A program made the position numbers and the translations under genes. DNA of 64,000 nucleotides, taken from the NCBI GenBank assembly GCA_964016885.1, contig OZ024740.1:136586001-136650000 (forward strand). The letters run 5' to 3'. Below, piece by piece: positions 62,813 to 64,000 of the stretch; within the stretch, counting starts at the first letter, position 1, and each line of letters begins with the position of its first letter. The notes under the pieces are model-generated. The model worked only from the letters and a program-made list of their open reading frames with translations, searched no databases and was not told the origin of the DNA. This DNA is from Eledone cirrhosa. Taxonomy: Eukaryota.

Positions 62813-64000
62813 ACGAGGTCATTTCAAAGTGAAGTGGGACTTATGATTTTTTAATGAATGGCTTAGTCAGAGGATTAAATAACAGCACCCACGGCTCTTT
62901 TTGCAAGGCCCAGAAGGTTGCTGGGAATGAATGAAGTATAATCATTGTTTTATGCATGTTAACATTACACATGGAATGAATCATAACAAACTTCTCTGAA
63001 GCTGCAATGTTTATCTCTCTGACATCATACTTCATTCACAAACCGAGAAAGAAGCTCTTTCTTGCCAAATGAAATAGTAGCTCTCTGAACGTTTTACTTT
63101 GGTAACTTCACGTTACAGCCTTATCCACTACTAACCAGATCATCTAGGTAACAGAAACTACCATCTATACTTCAGTAGATAGGCTTGTCTCAGGAAGTTT
63201 CTTAGCCTTATTTATTGTTGCTCTTACTGATAACTATTTTTGTACACTTAGCACATCTGAAGTTTTAGTTTTCAGTTACTCAAATCCTGTTGCGTATTTT
63301 GTTTGTGCTTAATGCACTGTATCAAGTTCCTATGTATTCCCTATATATTGAGCAAAGTCACATAACAGATGTTATTGAAATTTGTAGTCACTGTTACTCT
63401 TGATTTTTGTTGTTGTTGACCCTAGGACTTTGTAACTATTTTGCATCATCGGACTAGAAAGCATAGCACTCTGTTCTTGTCCAGTTAAAAAATACACTGT
63501 AAACTGATTTGTTCTTTGGTAAGAATTTTTTTCTTGCAATTGTTTCAAATGGCCTTTGTAATTATGTTTTAGCACAAACCAAAGCTGCATTTTATCTAAG
63601 TTAAATCTTTCATATGAATGGCAAATTCTTCGCTTGTGAAGATCAGTGGGAAGAATTGTTGTCCAGTTCCATGCGGTGACATACACTGAGGTGACTGTAG
63701 AGGCCAATCCTTGACCCACAGGCTCTGGTACAGTTGGGGCAAGTGTATACTTGGTCAGTTGGTGGTTGGGTGGTGGACAGCTTTGATTTTTGTCTTCAGC
63801 TGCCACCTTCCTGCCCTCCTCAAAGCTGGCTGCAGGTGTTTTGATGGTCATTCTCCATTTCCCTGTCTTCTGCCAGGTGTTCCCATTCCCTGTAATCAAT
63901 ATTGCCTTGGATCAGCTGGCGCTTGAGTTGGTTCTTGAAACATTTTCGGGGGAGGGGGGGGGGGCTTGGTTTTGATTGCCTTGATGTAGTTCACCATAGA

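Noticed and set aside
62841-63975. Host gene exon or ORF (63372-63899 minus)
   Set aside because: No recognisable domain; may be a decayed LINE ORF1 but this cannot be supported

Overview
AT-rich eukaryotic (metazoan) repeat-dense DNA; the repeat repertoire resembles octopus/coleoid cephalopod genomes (inference). No host gene is recognisable. Bases 1-41000 are essentially a (TA)n microsatellite field holding nested retroelements: Penelope-like elements (PLEs; one near-complete RT plus GIY-YIG copy, a tandem copy, two CxCx5C Hydra-type copies, many solo or inverted pseudo-LTRs), RTE LINEs, CR1/Jockey-group LINEs, a Helitron and a TTAA MITE. Bases 41000-64000 hold a complete Mag-type Gypsy element, mariner, Tigger and Helitron relics, SINEs and Tx1/L1 LINEs. 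The main signals outside the ORF track are RNA structures, all read by eye and not computed. (1) About 15 minimal type-I hammerhead ribozyme motifs from about 9 pseudo-LTR families, one family showing helix II covariation and several with unusual cores or long helix II inserts. (2) Tandem hairpin plus H-type pseudoknot modules with covarying stems in RTE 3' UTRs. (3) A fold-back tRNA-headed element and many other fold-back duplications.
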